Shown here piece by piece: positions 11,963 to 44,296 of a DNA stretch of 64,000 bases. This DNA comes from the human T2T-CHM13v2.0 reference genome, Homo sapiens, in assembly GCF_009914755.1 (NCBI RefSeq), contig NC_060925.1; one strand, 5' to 3'. The position numbers and the translations under genes were made by a program. Under the pieces are notes generated by a model. The model was not told the DNA's origin, ran no database searches, and worked only from the letters and a program-made list of their open reading frames with translations. Position 1 is the first letter of the stretch. Every line of letters begins with the position of its first letter.

Positions 11963-14900
11963 CGGGCTTTGTCTGTGGAAGGAGACAGAAGGAAATTGAC
12001 CCACTCTCCTATCTCCAGACCTTTACCTAGCCCCTCCAGGTTTACAGAATGTTGCTACTTCACAATGGCGATGTGGTGAGAAACTCCTGAATGAAGAAAG
12101 GAACCTTGTCTTTCAGGGCATAAGGCGGCGACTTCCAAGGTCAATGCTTTTCCCCCACATCTCTATGTACATAGGGAACTTAGTTCTGGGCCATGTACAG
12201 AAAATATCACTGTAATATACCAAAAGGAAGTTAATAATGTAGATTACCTTTTTGATTATTGCTATTTTTATTATTGTTTTCCTCTTGTTGAAAGCACTGC
12301 AGTTGTTACAGGAAGTAAAGTAGGAACTGTTGTGTGAGCGAGACATGAGCCTGTAGGTTCAGTAGGTAGAGACCAAGCATCTATCTGATAGAAGCACATG
12401 GAGTGCAATAGGACATTGTGAGAAGGAATTTTTCAGGGATTCATCTACTAGTTTAAAAACCCCACTCTGGCCCTCTTGTCCTTTCAGAAAACATGCAAAT
12501 ACCAAGATCCATACAAAACAATAATTTATTCCACTGATCAACCAAGACTGGTTCTGGTTGGACAGCTAATCTGATTTGGGGATTCACTGTTTCAGAGGAC
12601 ACAGACAAAAGCTGTTGCATCAAAACTGGACTTTAGGAGTAATTTCTATTGAACTCCTGTCAATATGTTTATTTCCTCTGTCTACAGCAGATGGGAGTCT
12701 TCTCTTTTAGACAGGGGCTTTTTGTTTTTAACCCCAATTGTAATAAAGGGTGTTCTTTTTCCTCTTTAGAGTTTACAAAACTATAAATATTTGTGTCTCC
12801 ACATACCATCTTCATCTTCACACATTCACTGTGCTTTCCTCCCCATAGTGGGAGCTGTCATCACCAACAGGGTTTACTCTCCCCTGGAGAGGTTATTTAA
12901 ATAGCTGTCCATAAGCCATCCAGATCAACACCCTTTCTTCCATACAGAAAAGGGCTAACCATACCACAGCTGGAATCTCTGAATATTTCCTATTAAAAAT
13001 TTTTTCTATGTGTTGTTATAATTTTTGTTTGGGATAAAGACTCTATCCATTGTACTAGCAAATCTATGGGGGGTAATTTTATCTCCATCTTTAACTTTTA
13101 AAGTACTTCTTCCCCTTATCCCCTCAATAAAGAAAGGAAATCCAAATTTGAAGCATCACTCTCTTAAAAGAAAAAGAAAATAATGGAAAGTGTCAGGATG
13201 GCACATTCCAGTTATTATTCCAATGCTCGTAGATCTGACAATAATGACCCAATTTCAACACTTGTCATCCATAGCCTTATTATTATAGAACAGAAAAAGT
13301 CATGGAAACGAATTCATTTCCTTTTTTCCAGAGGTGTGCAATGTCATCTTGAATGCAACCTTGATTACCAGAAGTATGGAAGGTTACATGTTAAACAGAC
13401 ATTATATATACAAATATATATATAATATATATTCACACATATGTACATATAACTGCACAAATAGGAAAAGTTCATGCCTTCTATGCTGTTCAGATATAAT
13501 GTTAAAAGGGTCTCAAACCTCTTTAAGCAAGATCTAAGTAGTTGTTTTATATTGAGAAAGCAACAATGTTTCTCGAATAAGTTGATGTTGATTTTAAATT
13601 ATAAGCTTTAAAGAATTTTTTTTCTAGAAAAAGAGGATGGAAAAAAAAGGACCTGAGGGAGCCATATGCATCAAGTGAGTGTTTCTCCATAACAGAATAT
13701 TTATAAGAGAACATGTATAGTGCCCTCTTTTGAGTGATGCCGACAGACACCAAGCCCTCCTTTTCACCAAGTCCCAGGCTTGCATTCCAGCCTCTTGAGC
13801 TCTGCCCTCTCTCAGGTGGATCTTTGTGTTGGACCTTACGTTTCAGCAACCTCACCATGGCCACATAACCCACAACCTTTTAAAACAGTTTCTTTCATAG
13901 CAATCCCTGTTTCTGCCAGACAGATCTAAAATGGGAGTTTCTCACTGTGTTTATCTGATCTGCACACTTTATATCCAGCTGTTTTGGCACTTTTACGTTT
14001 TCTTCACCTTTGGTTTTGGTTTGCAAATTCTTACACCTTCTCTCCAAGCGGAGGGCACACTGTGGTCAAAATCACTTATTTTATTAGGAAAAAGAGGTAA
14101 CTGTTCCAAAGTGTAGTGTCCTTTGTTGAAGGAGGAGGGATGTAAGCATAGATTTGTTCTTGTTTCTGGCTATTCTCAGCTCAAGCCATGTTTAATTCAT
14201 TCTTTGTAAAAGCCTTCAATTGTGCCACAGAAAACCTGGTAAGAGAATTGTCAGTTTCATTGGCCATAAGTATGTAATGTGGGTGATGTCTTGCCATTGA
14301 GGTTTGGAAGCTCTTAAGTGCCGATTATGGATTACAGAGGGCTGATAAAATTACTTATATTGGGAATTGAGAGAAGCCCCAAAAAATCAAATGTGCTTTT
14401 GATGGATAGAGTGTATCTTATTAGCATTATGGGAGCTCCTTAGAGGGCTGTCTTCACTGAAAGATTTAATGCCCAAAACATTTGGACAGATTATGCAGCC
14501 TTCTACTACCAGGTTATCTTGAATGAAGAAGAAATAGTAAAAAATAATAATAATAGAGCATTACCAATAAGCTAAAAGTTCAGAGTTGCTGATAGATGTT
14601 AAATGTTAAGTTATCCTGTGAGCCTACTCCTGTCCAACCTTTTTTCTCAGTATTTCTTTAGAGAATGCTGCAATCTGTATAAGTTACTCTGAAGGATTTT
14701 TTAAGAAGAGAAGCCACCAACAGGTGATAATTTTTATGGAGATGTTTCTTAATTGGCTTTCCCTCAGTTCAAGTAGGTAAATAACTTTGTTTGCTGGGAG
14801 GAGGTACATGGCTGAAGAGAGGCAAATAGATTAAGATAGCAATGTCTTGCACTTCCTGTTTCCCTCAAAACAACACCACATTGTGGGGCGCAGGATAGAT

Positions 14901-17525
14901 CAGGGTTGAGTGGAATTTGGAATTCAGGTGAAGTGCTTGTAAAGTGCATGTCTAGCTGACAACAGACTTGACCATTAATGAGGACAGTGTTGGTAGGAGT
15001 CAGAAAAGAGCTTCATATTCCCCTTTTATATTACTGAAGCAATAAGCAATCTGAGCTGAAGCAGCAAAAAGAGTCACATTTCCATCAGGTCATCATATTC
15101 CCTGAGTCTCTGCAGCAAAAGCCATGTCAGAGGGGAGATTATAACTAGGTAACTATAACAAGCACTTGAGCACTTACCATGTTCCAAGCACTATCACCAA
15201 GGTACTGTTGGGGTTTATGGCAGTCTAACGGTAAGAAAAATGTGGTAAAATGAGGTAATCATGCTGCTATAGCTTTTTGCTTTTTTTCATATAGTATCAA
15301 GTTGGTCAGAATTAGCTTTCTCTGACTGGTCTGCTTCCGTGTTTCTCTGTGATGGTGTTAAGATTATGAAAGAAAAAGAAGATTACCTAAGACTGCTACA
15401 AGTGTTAACTATATGCCCTTAAGAATGAGCTTGACTTTGGAAGTAAAGCTTTTCAGATCTTAGTCTACCCGGGGCCTTTGTTGATGGGTCTGTGGTTCTG
15501 TAGACCCCTGGCTTTCACTGTGTTCTCAGAGGTACACCAGATTGAGAGCAGAGTTCTTCTTTGGAAGTCCCAGAGCAAAATAACTGCCATCAAGTGAGTT
15601 TGCATTCGTATTTGTTTCCCCTTCCATAGAGGGTTAGTTTTAGTTACCTCTAGCTTGGAGTTCCTGAGAAGGCTGGTTATAGGACTGAGCGTGGGAAAGG
15701 AACCCTCTTCAGGATTACCTCAGTCCCATCAGTCTACCCCATTGTGACATTGAGCCCAACACACACGCTTGACACCAGACTAGACTTGTCACAGGGCCAA
15801 ACCCAACAGCCACATGCCATAGCTTCACTGCATTTTCAGCTACACCTTTGGAGGCCACCTTCTCCTATCAACTGTGGAAAGCCAGAAGGGCTCCCTTCTC
15901 CATTCTCCTTCCCTTTTTCAAGTCTAATAGTGAAATCTCCTGCTTACCCCAGCAGTAAATAGTTGCCTTCCTACCCCTTACCTGGGGGCCGATAATTTGA
16001 GATACTTTGTTTTTTCAATGCGTCAGTTGAAGGATTTAGTTTCTTAAAAGCAAGAAATGTTGGAGTGTTGAATTTTTAAATAGAATCTCTTTTCATGTTT
16101 GAATGATTGTTATTAGTTCTAGAAGCATTCTCTTTGTCATGACCCGATTATGTATACTCTTGGGTTTAGGAAGGACAAAAGTGATGAAATTTGCATGAGA
16201 TAGAATAAATATCTTAGGAGGAGTGAAAGAACCTGAGGAAGAGACACGACCCTAAGGGAATGAATGCATAAGCAGTCTTCTCAGTAGCCCAGAGTTTCCA
16301 GGAAACAGGAATATTTATATCCCTTGCCCACTCTTAAAATACATAGATACATAAAAAGGCAGTCTCTGTAGACAACACATGCACACACCCACACAAAACA
16401 TAATTCCTGGGGCTTCCTTTTTCTGAATGTTAATCCATTTTATCGAGCAGTGATTCCCAAACTTTGAGATTTTCAGATTTTATGCTCTCGTCTGTTAGAT
16501 TTTATGACATTCTATCATCCTAAAAAATGTACTATATGTGTTATATGTATATATAAGTTAAAGCAACTTGAAATTGACTTGGTTTGGCATTGTCTCAAGA
16601 ACCCTAGATATCATTATTGATACCATGGGGAATCATAGAAATAAAGTTGAATATCATTGATCTGAGAGTAGGATCCAGAAATAAGTAGTTTCAGTTCCTG
16701 ATCAGTTAAGCCTCAAGTGTTTGAGTAACCAACACAGCAAGACTTGGGAAATGCAGTGAGCACCCGAGGAAAGGAAAGTGGTAGTCTTTGCCTGCATTTC
16801 AGCATGCATTTTCCTTTCCTACTCAGTTGCTATCTTCCACTTAAATACCCTCATTTGACCCTAGGAAGTTTTTTGTTTTTTTTTTTAGTTTGAGACTTAA
16901 AACCAGATTTATTTGTTGTTGTAGAGAGATTTCCACAGAAGTTGTGTTTTAGGGACCTCCATCATCTTTGTGGGGGTACAGATATTTATGTGTAAATATC
17001 ATTTTATGTGATTTCCAAATTTTCGAGGGAAACATTTCAATTCCCAGTTCAACAAAAGGTTAAATACTAATTGACTCAATGACCACCTTCAGGAAAGTTA
17101 AATAGTAAATTAGGTTAAATTTTGACTGGTGCTTAGACATTTCCTAGTTATATTAACTTAAGCAGACAGCAGCACATTAACCTGAGTTACACCTGTGAGG
17201 AAATGACCTTCTAAATTTGATTTTGTTTTTCATCTCCAGGGCCTTAATAAGAGTGTGTTAACACACGACTATTTTACAATGATAGCTCTAAATAATTTAT
17301 TTTTTATTTCAAGAAAGAGAAATACACCTTAGAAAAACAAAACCCAAGATTTTATTTTATTTTTAAAGCCATATTTTTGTGCTAGTAGCATTTAGATTAT
17401 TCCGTATGTGAGATCCGTATCAGCATTTCATTACCTGGGTTTGTTCTAAAGAAGATTTATTTTTGTTCTGTGAATAATTTTTGACAGTTCTTGTACATGT
17501 ACAGATATAGATACGTTTGAGGTCT

Positions 17526-17531
17526 TTTATT
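17526..17531 (-). terminator. Candidate polyadenylation signal, CLEC20A (alternatives at 17872-17877 and 17986-17991)
   Basis: plus-strand TTTATT = minus-strand AATAAA downstream of the CLEC20A stop at 18258. Confidence 0.45.
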
Positions 17532-17552
17532 GATATTCCTACAAAGAATACA

Positions 17553-17558
17553 AATAAA
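17553..17558 (+). terminator. Polyadenylation signal, RASAL2
   Basis: AATAAA at the end of the AT-rich UTR with upstream TGTACATGTACA. Confidence 0.65.
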
Positions 17559-18257
17559 CTTTAACTTTAAACATTTCAGACTAAAGTTGCTACTATATTT
17601 GACATATTGCTGTCTTCTAGCATGCACCTGGGTGACTAGGACACTTGAAGAGAAACAAGAAAGGAAATGTATGCCGGAATATTCTTCTAAAAATATATTT
17701 TAACATTAAGAACAGTCTGTCCTAGAATTTCCCAACTTCCATGTAATAAGATTTCAATTTAGGAAAAATAACTAGCATTAGCATGTATTGTGATAAAACT
17801 GTTACTTTCGAATTCTGCAGAATTTGAAATCTCTTTAATAACTTGTGACAGGTAAAGAAAGTTTCATCTGGTTTATTAGGAAATGTAGCCCCACTTAGCT
17901 TCCTAGACCACTACCATCCTCTTGTAATTTTCCAGTTAGATTAATGGGGTTTGTTTTCAGGATTTTTGATGTTTGGTTCAGGTTTTTTATTTTAATTTCT
18001 TAATAGAAGTTCATTTGTCATTCCCAACATGATTGTTCCCAAATACACCCATCTTCTCCTGCATCCCTGTTTCATTCTGTAAAATCCAGGGATGCAGGTT
18101 TCATGTGTAGTCTTGTTTTGTGTTAGTTGTAGGTCTGTGCTTTTTGGCACATGTCGAGTTCTTCCTAATCTTGTTCTACTAGGGATTAAAAAATTAAAAT
18201 TTACTCAAAATCCAGAGAAGATTGCATGAAACAGAAACTGCATATCCAAGAATTGTG

Positions 18258-35662
<17,405 letters not shown>

Positions 35663-35908
35663 GGCTGGGCACTGGCTGGGCGATGGCTGGGTGCTGGCTG
35701 GGCACGGGACAAGACCCCGGAGCTGGCGGGGACTGTAGAAGAGGCTGCGTCTGACCTTCTGGCCTTTCATTCCTTGCTGTTTCCTCTCTTCCTCTTTGCC
35801 ACCCAAACTGCTGGATTTTACTAAACAAATACTTACCCAGTGTCTGTCGCTGCCAGCAGGGTGTGAGGTGCTGGAGATGCGGCCTGGAGGATGCGGAAGA
35901 GATCCCTG

Positions 35909-36498
35909 TGTGGGGGTTCAGAAAACAGTGTCCCAAAATGAAGGCCCCAGAAGCACAAGTTTTTCTCTTACCTTCTCCTGCCTTCCTGTCTCTCAGCCCC
36001 ACTCTCCCCAAGGCCAGCCGTAGGAACTAGAACCCCTTTTCGCCAAAGCCAGCCATAAAACCTAAAAATATTACTCTAACTTGCCCTTGCCTGGCTGTGT
36101 AGAAACTGGCTGTAAAGAAATGATCTGAAGGGATCATCGTTTGACTGTAGGTCATGAGAATCCCCCATTCCAGAGAGGGCCCTGCTCCACGCCCAGAAGG
36201 AAGGACTTCATGCTCAGAGGGGCCAAGAAGAATCCAGACCCACAGGCCTGGCTGGGTTTCCCCACTCAGTCTATTCACATTAGATCAGACCCTTCTGTCC
36301 AATCATATTTCTACACAGCTGCCCACACTTTGTTGAACCTAAGCATAAAAACGAACAATGTCTCCCTCTATCATTGGGTCTTCATTCTGAAGGCTCCCGG
36401 GGACACATACACATGTTAAATAAATGTGTATGCCTTTCCTCCAATTAATCTGCCTTTTGCAAGTTGATTTTTCAGAGCATCTTCAGAGGTCCTCCTGC
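35909..36498 (+). mobile_element. ERV1-class solo LTR (MER34/MER39-like)
   Basis: TG...ggttcagaaaa...ccaaaatgaagg start; internal AATAAA (aaataaatgtgtatgcc); ...ttttcag...CA end. Confidence 0.65.
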
Positions 36499-37032
36499 AA
36501 CTTAGGAGGAAGGCAACATGGATCTGGTAATTAATAAGCAGATCGGGGAGGGAAGGAACCCATCCTTGGGGCTGGCTGCTGGGGGAGAAAGAGAGTAGGG
36601 TAGCAGAGGGCAGGGTGAGGCTAGACCCCTTGGGTCCTCAGGGTCAGAGGAGCAAGGGGCAGAAAGGAAGGATGGGGAAGAAGCGGGTGAGGAGGGAGAA
36701 GGAGCTGGAAATTGTGGACCAGGCAGGCTTTGCTAGACTCACCCCCTACCCCTCCTCACAGCAACCACATGACGTGAGGGAGAGGGCTGTCATTTTCACT
36801 GGCTCACAGGGGAGAAACTGTGGCTCAGAGAAGTGAAACAGCATGCTCAGGACTACACCGCAGGCAGAGGTGAGACAGTATTCAAGCTTAGGTTGAATAC
36901 TAAAAGCTTTTCAGTGAATACACTGAAAAGCATGAGGTTGGGAGGTGATGGCCCCGACAAGTTCTGCTTCCGCACGGTCAGAGACCCCCAGGCCCAGTCT
37001 AGGCTCTGACTCCAAAATTAAGCACAGGACTG

Positions 37033-37348
37033 GGCTGGGCACAGTGGCATGCACCTATAGCCCCAGGACTTTGAGAAACCGAGGCAGGAGGGTTGTTTGT
37101 GCCCAGGAATTTGAGACCAGCCTAGGCAACATAGTGAGACTCCATCTCTACAAAAATTATAAATTAGCCAGGCTTGGTGGTGCATGTCTGTAGTCCCAGC
37201 TACTCAGTAGGCTGAGACAGGAGGATTGCTTGAGCATGGGAGGTTAAGGCTGCAGTGAGTTGTGATTGTACCACTGTACTCCAGCCTGGGAGACAGGGCG
37301 AGACCCTGTCTCTAAAATAAATAAATAAACAAGTAAAACAAAAATAAA
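37033..37348 (+). mobile_element. Alu (AluJ-like)
   Basis: Alu consensus; caggactgg flanking repeats. Confidence 0.9.
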
Positions 37349-38022
37349 GTGCAGGACTGGAGGCCAAGGCACTTTCTCTGGGGAACCAAAAACAGCTTGC
37401 TTGTGTTCTCTCTCTCTCTACACAACATCAAACATGCTGTTTAGGCCCAGAGCCCTCTCTGTTGGCCTAAGGGCGAAGACTTTCAGGAACACAGTCTGGA
37501 AGGCTCTCTTTTTTCCTACCCCCTACCCCTTCTCACCCTTCCCTGATGGAAGGGCAAACGGCCCCTCTGAATGGGCAAAAGAGAAAGAGGGGAAAATTTG
37601 TTAATGCAGCCACAAAAATGTCCTGCCACAGTATTCTCTCGTGCAGCAATGGCCTCGGATAACTTCCTCCCAGAAGCAGGTCCTGCTTGTGTCAGGGCCT
37701 CCCAGGACCACTCTCTGGGGACAGAAGAGAACCTGACAATCCTGACCTGGAAGATGCTGCCCTGCCAGCCACCTTTTCATTTGGCCACTCCCCCAGTCGT
37801 CTCCCTCAAGTCTTTCCAGGAAGGGCCCTGCAGCCTCACCCCAGCTCAGGCCCAGCACTCCCTGAGGGCAGCACTTGGAACTCCAGGCTGAAATTCCACG
37901 TGCCTTCCTGACTGTGAGCTCCTTGAGAGCACGGACTGTGCCAAAGTCACAAAGCACTCGCTTCTCACAAGCCCAACAAAACCTTTCAATAAATGGCAAG
38001 CATTATGTTTATCATTAGTAGC

Positions 38023-38799
<777 letters not shown>

Positions 38800-41700
38800 G
38801 TAGCATTTGCTATTATTATTCTCTTTAGATTGCAGCTTCTACGCAGTGCTCTGCCTGGTACATAGAGACCTTAAATACATGAATGAAGGAGATGGCTTGA
38901 ACAAGACACAGAGGGCCGATGGTGAAGGCGGGGGAGGACAGCCTTGGCACCCAGTGTGTGAGTTACATTGGTGGCTGTGCCAGGAAATCTAGGCAAGGGT
39001 CAAAGGAACCAAGAGTGAGGGAGGAGCAGGCTTCCTAAGTGGCCCAGGAACAAACACTTGGTTTGCATGAGCTACAGGAAGCCAAATGGTTCAGGGAAAC
39101 TCCCAGCCACTCTTTTCCTATCCCCGAACACGGGAATGCCATTTTTACCCAGGCTTAAAGAACCCTTCTTTATAGACAGACAACTTTCACTTTCCTACAA
39201 TCCACACCTTTTCTCCCAGAACCACCAGATCTGCATTCCCAATGTGGGAGCTGCGTTTCCCACAGTGCTTTTGCTAAAGTTGTGTGCCGTGGCCGCAGTA
39301 CCCCTGCCAACCATCGGAGCAGGCACAGTGGAAACAGCCCTGCGGCCAGCTTGAGAGATTTTCTCTGAGCCTTGATTCTTCATCTACAAGATGAGAGTCA
39401 ACATAGCTATTTGACAATGGCATTACGGTATCATGAGGATTCCTTGTCATGAATATGATGCACTTTACAAATTCCAGTGTGCAGGAAACACTTTCTTTTC
39501 TAGAGTGGGTGTCTCATTTTCTACTCCTACCCCAATGTATGATAATCCCAGTTATTCTGCTGCCTTGATAACCAGTAAAGCAACTTAGCTTTCACTCTGA
39601 GCGCTCACCCTGCCAAGCAAGGAAGAAATTAGAGCCCCTCTTTTTTCAGGGCTGTTCCCCCAACACACACTCTCTTGCACACATACTCACAGGCTGTAGA
39701 GAAAGAACAAGAGACTGGGTCTTGCCTTGGGCCTGTCTGCACTGCTCACCACTGAGACACCCGTTTCCAGTCCTTAGGGTGACTTGAGGTCAGCCAGCTC
39801 TGCCATGGATGAGCCACCCCAGTGACGGAGGATGTTCTGAGAATCTGGGACCCCCACATGGCTGCTCCTCTCTGAGGTCCTACTCCCGCCTAGGGCTCTG
39901 GGAAAAAAACACAAATTACTACCTAACAAGCTTATCCTGCCTCGTGTCTATAAAGCACTCAACCTCATCCCAGACCCATAGAAGAGGCTCAGCTAGACTT
40001 CCTTCCATTTCTTCAGAGAAAGGAAGGTTTTCTCCTCTCCCTGTGGGAGGCGCTGTGAACTGGAGACCAGGGCTGTGCTCTGAGGGCAGTACGGGGACAG
40101 CACCTGTGTCCTCCGAAGGCTCCATCAGCTGCGTGGGTTCAGATCATCCTCAAGGACCGCAGGACCTCAAGCTCGGCTGCACTTTGTTCATTTTGTGGAC
40201 ACTGGAGAGCCACAGGCCATGTCCCATTGGATGGAGGGGCAGCTCTTAGGAACACCTGCCCACCCTGAAAGGTAGGGTGTCTGCGGTGAGGAGCTTGTTC
40301 CCTTTATTCCTGCTCCCTGCTCTGAACTGTTTATTCGGCTTGTAACCTAAATCTGTTTCCACATCCTCTGTTATAAGTGTGGGTTGCCATGCCTGGCAAG
40401 GAGGGGCAGTCGGTATATGTTGACTGAATGAGTGGTTGGATAAAAATGATTTCCTGCTGATGATTGTGTGGGTTTGGACATGACCTGTGAAGTCGCCTGT
40501 GCCTCGTGGGGCCATTTCTGCCCAAGGGAAAAGTTCTGCTCTAAATCCCTATGCAGGCAGGGAAAGCAGGGGAGCAGCTGGGGCAGGTCACTGGGGTACT
40601 TCTGGAACACTTGGATCCCTTGGCGAGAGCCTCTGTTCTTGGGCGCCCCCTAGGGGCAAACACTCAGTACTGGGCAGCCAGACCGGCTTCCTTCAACCTG
40701 AAGAGCCCTTTTTGCTGGTGGGGGAGAGGAAGGGTGAACCCTTGCATTCTAAGCTACTGCTGCTTGTATCTTTCATTTATTCCACCCCCTTCCCCCTGTT
40801 TAAGTGCTGCTTTAATAGCTAGTCTTAAATAGAAACAATTCTACTTGATTCCTTTACAACTAAATATTGAGTTAATACTAGGTACCTAATTTGACTATTT
40901 TTCTTCCCATTAACCTAATATGTATATTATCTCTGATTTTGATCCTCTTACCTTTCAAATTACTAAATTCCTTTTGTTTTATATAACTGTTTTGGTCTTT
41001 TCTGTTCTGCTTCATATAATTTTCTTCAGCAAGTATTTCATACCAATAGCTTGGTTAGATACATGATTAATTTCCTCTTAATATTTTATTTATTTCAAGT
41101 ATTCATGGAAGGGGGAAGGAGGGAGTGGGTTGGGTACACACCACATGTGATGGGTGCCTCTGAAAAAGCTGGCTTCAGGGACAGTGCAGGGACCGCCACA
41201 GGAGCACCTGTCCCTAAAGCCTCCTCCACCCCCCAACTCCCACCCCAACATACTTCTGAACTGGGTCCAGAGCCCTGGGGGTGGGAGTGGAGCCATTAAA
41301 AAAGGGAAGCACTGGTGTCTCTGCTAAGTGGAGCATCCTACCCTGCGAGATCCTGGGACAGGAGTAAGGACTGGAGGGTATCGTCCCCAAGAACTAGAGG
41401 CCTTTGGGGGCACTTAGGGTTCACAAGGAGCATGTGTCACACCCTTCGCATGCTTTGCCTTATTTAATTCTTAGAAATAAAATGTTAAAACCCTATGAGG
41501 TAGGTACTGTATAATATCCGATTTTACAAATGAGGAAACAAGTTCAGAGAGGTTAAGAAACCTGCCCAAGGCCATGTAACTGGTATGGCAAGGACCTGGA
41601 GTTTAGAGCAGGGCTGTGTGATATTACAGCCCAGGCTCATTTCCCAAGGCTGCTATTCCAGGACCCGCCTCAGGCCAACTGAGTTATCGGGGGAAAGGAT

Positions 41701-42079
41701 GGAGTCCCTCCATCCACACTATGCAGATGACCCTCCTGCATCGGGGCATGGCCTGGGAAAGCAGGGATCATGTCTATTTACTCATTTTTTTAAACCACAA
41801 TTTTACAAATGTCAAGTGGGAAATGCTGTCACGGGGTGCAGCGGTCAACACAGTCCACCCCTCTACTCCCCAAGCAAGGAAGGTGGAGGGTGTATGCCCC
41901 TCGGGGAAGAGTCTGGGGTGCAGGTCAAATGTGCTGGCTGTGTAGCCATGGCTCCCCCATTTAGCTGTGACTTCAGAAAAGTTAACTTCTGAGTTAAACA
42001 GTTTCCTCACCTGCAAAATGGGAATAGCAGCAGTGTTTATTTCTTAGGGTAGTCATGTGGGCTAAATAAACACACACAA

Positions 42080-42417
<338 letters not shown>

Positions 42418-43460
42418 TCAAGCCACTACCTGGTTTGTGACAGTGGTTCCCTGTATCCCAGCAGGCAAACCATTGACTCTAAGGACCCACAAGGAAGAAG
42501 ACTGGCAGGGCCACTGAAACACATTGAAACAGAGGATGCAGGCCCCAAGCTCCTCATCAGTTGCCCTTTAGCAATGGGACAGATCAACATCTCTTTAAGC
42601 CTGAGCCATCCACCCTTCCATGAGGAAATGGTGCCATGTGTCCCCGGCCCCTAAGCTGCTCTCCCATTTGGCATGAACCAAGCTGTGGAAACGGGTTGAG
42701 GAGCAGCAGGAGGCTGCAGAGGCGGGGCCAGGGGCTTCCCCAGGAGGGGCCATACATGGAGCTGGGGTTTGCACTCTTGAGAGGATGTCTGAGAGTGAGC
42801 TCAGGAGGGGCTGTGGCAGGTGCAGCTGTGGCTGAGGACTGCTCAAGGGAATCTGAAAAACGGGATATTCCATCCTGGAAAAAGGGGCTGGTGGGGGCGT
42901 GGGGTTTAGACAAATACCCTTATATTAGCCAGGTGCCAGGGGAGGAAACACCACGAATGAGAGCAGGAGGAGGTGGGGGCTTTAGAATGTGCCCATTCCC
43001 ATTCCTATCACTGAGCCAAGAGAGAGAAATGTCCTTCTGGGAGACTTTGCCTTGGTATCAGGAGCCATGGGGCTGGGTGAACTGCAGGTCTCCAACAGGG
43101 ACAAAGGGAGGAAGGGAGGAGCTGGCATCCCAACAGCCAGGGGACAGGATCTGAGTGGAGGGGCCTGAGAGCCCCAGAGCTCCTGCTGGAACTGCCTGAG
43201 AAGGAAGGTCAAGAGAGGAAGGTCCTGCAGTCCACCCAGTGGTCAGCTACCCTGAGGCTGGGCCGTAAGCGCCACAGCTGAGGGAGGAGATGTGCTCTGC
43301 TCAGGAGATGAAGTGACGGGTCAAGAGGGAGGAAGGGTGGGACGTCCAGAGGAACAGCAGGATGAAGGCCAGGTAAGGTTATTGCATCAGTGAGAGGAGT
43401 CTCATGGACACCAGGCCAGCACTTCACAGTGTCCTTCCTGTGGACTTCTGTGGCTCCCAT

Positions 43461-43771
<311 letters not shown>

Positions 43772-44296
43772 GCTCCCATTTTTCTTATTCTCTGAGCACT
43801 GACAGCTGAAGGAGACAATACTCAGAACCCAAGGGCTGCTGCGTTTATGAATAGCCCATCATTTCCTGAGGCAGGAATGATAGGACCTCCAAAAACAAGA
43901 ATATGTTAGCTGCCCAGACCCCCATGTGGTGAAATGTCAGTCTGACACACACAGCTCAGAGAACACCTTGTTGTTCAACAGTCTTAGAGGATGTGTAGAT
44001 TTCCGTCCAGTCCAAACTGCTGTGTGCAGTGACAAGGCCAGGCAAAGGTGCTCTTGGGCCAGTGGAGCAGACAGAGGGCTGATTTGGTATGCAGCATGCC
44101 TGCTGGGACAGGTGAGCATGGTCTCTGCTAGAAGAAAGAGCCATTTGATATGACAGGGGCACACTGCCCCCCCAGGGCCCAGCATGGACAGGAGCTCCCC
44201 ATGATGAGCGGAGGGGGTGTGCCGTCTTCAGAGGCTCAGGCAGGCAATGGGACTGGCAAAGCCTGGCATTCAGTGGCCCTGCCTGGCTCCTGCAGT

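Larger units (their letters stand above)
11963..17575 (+). other. RASAL2: RASAL2 long 3'UTR (~5.6 kb to AATAAA at 17553; longer isoforms possible)
   Basis: AT-rich, Alu-free stretch after the stop; AATAAA at 17553-17558 preceded by UGUA elements (17492-17503). Confidence 0.7.
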
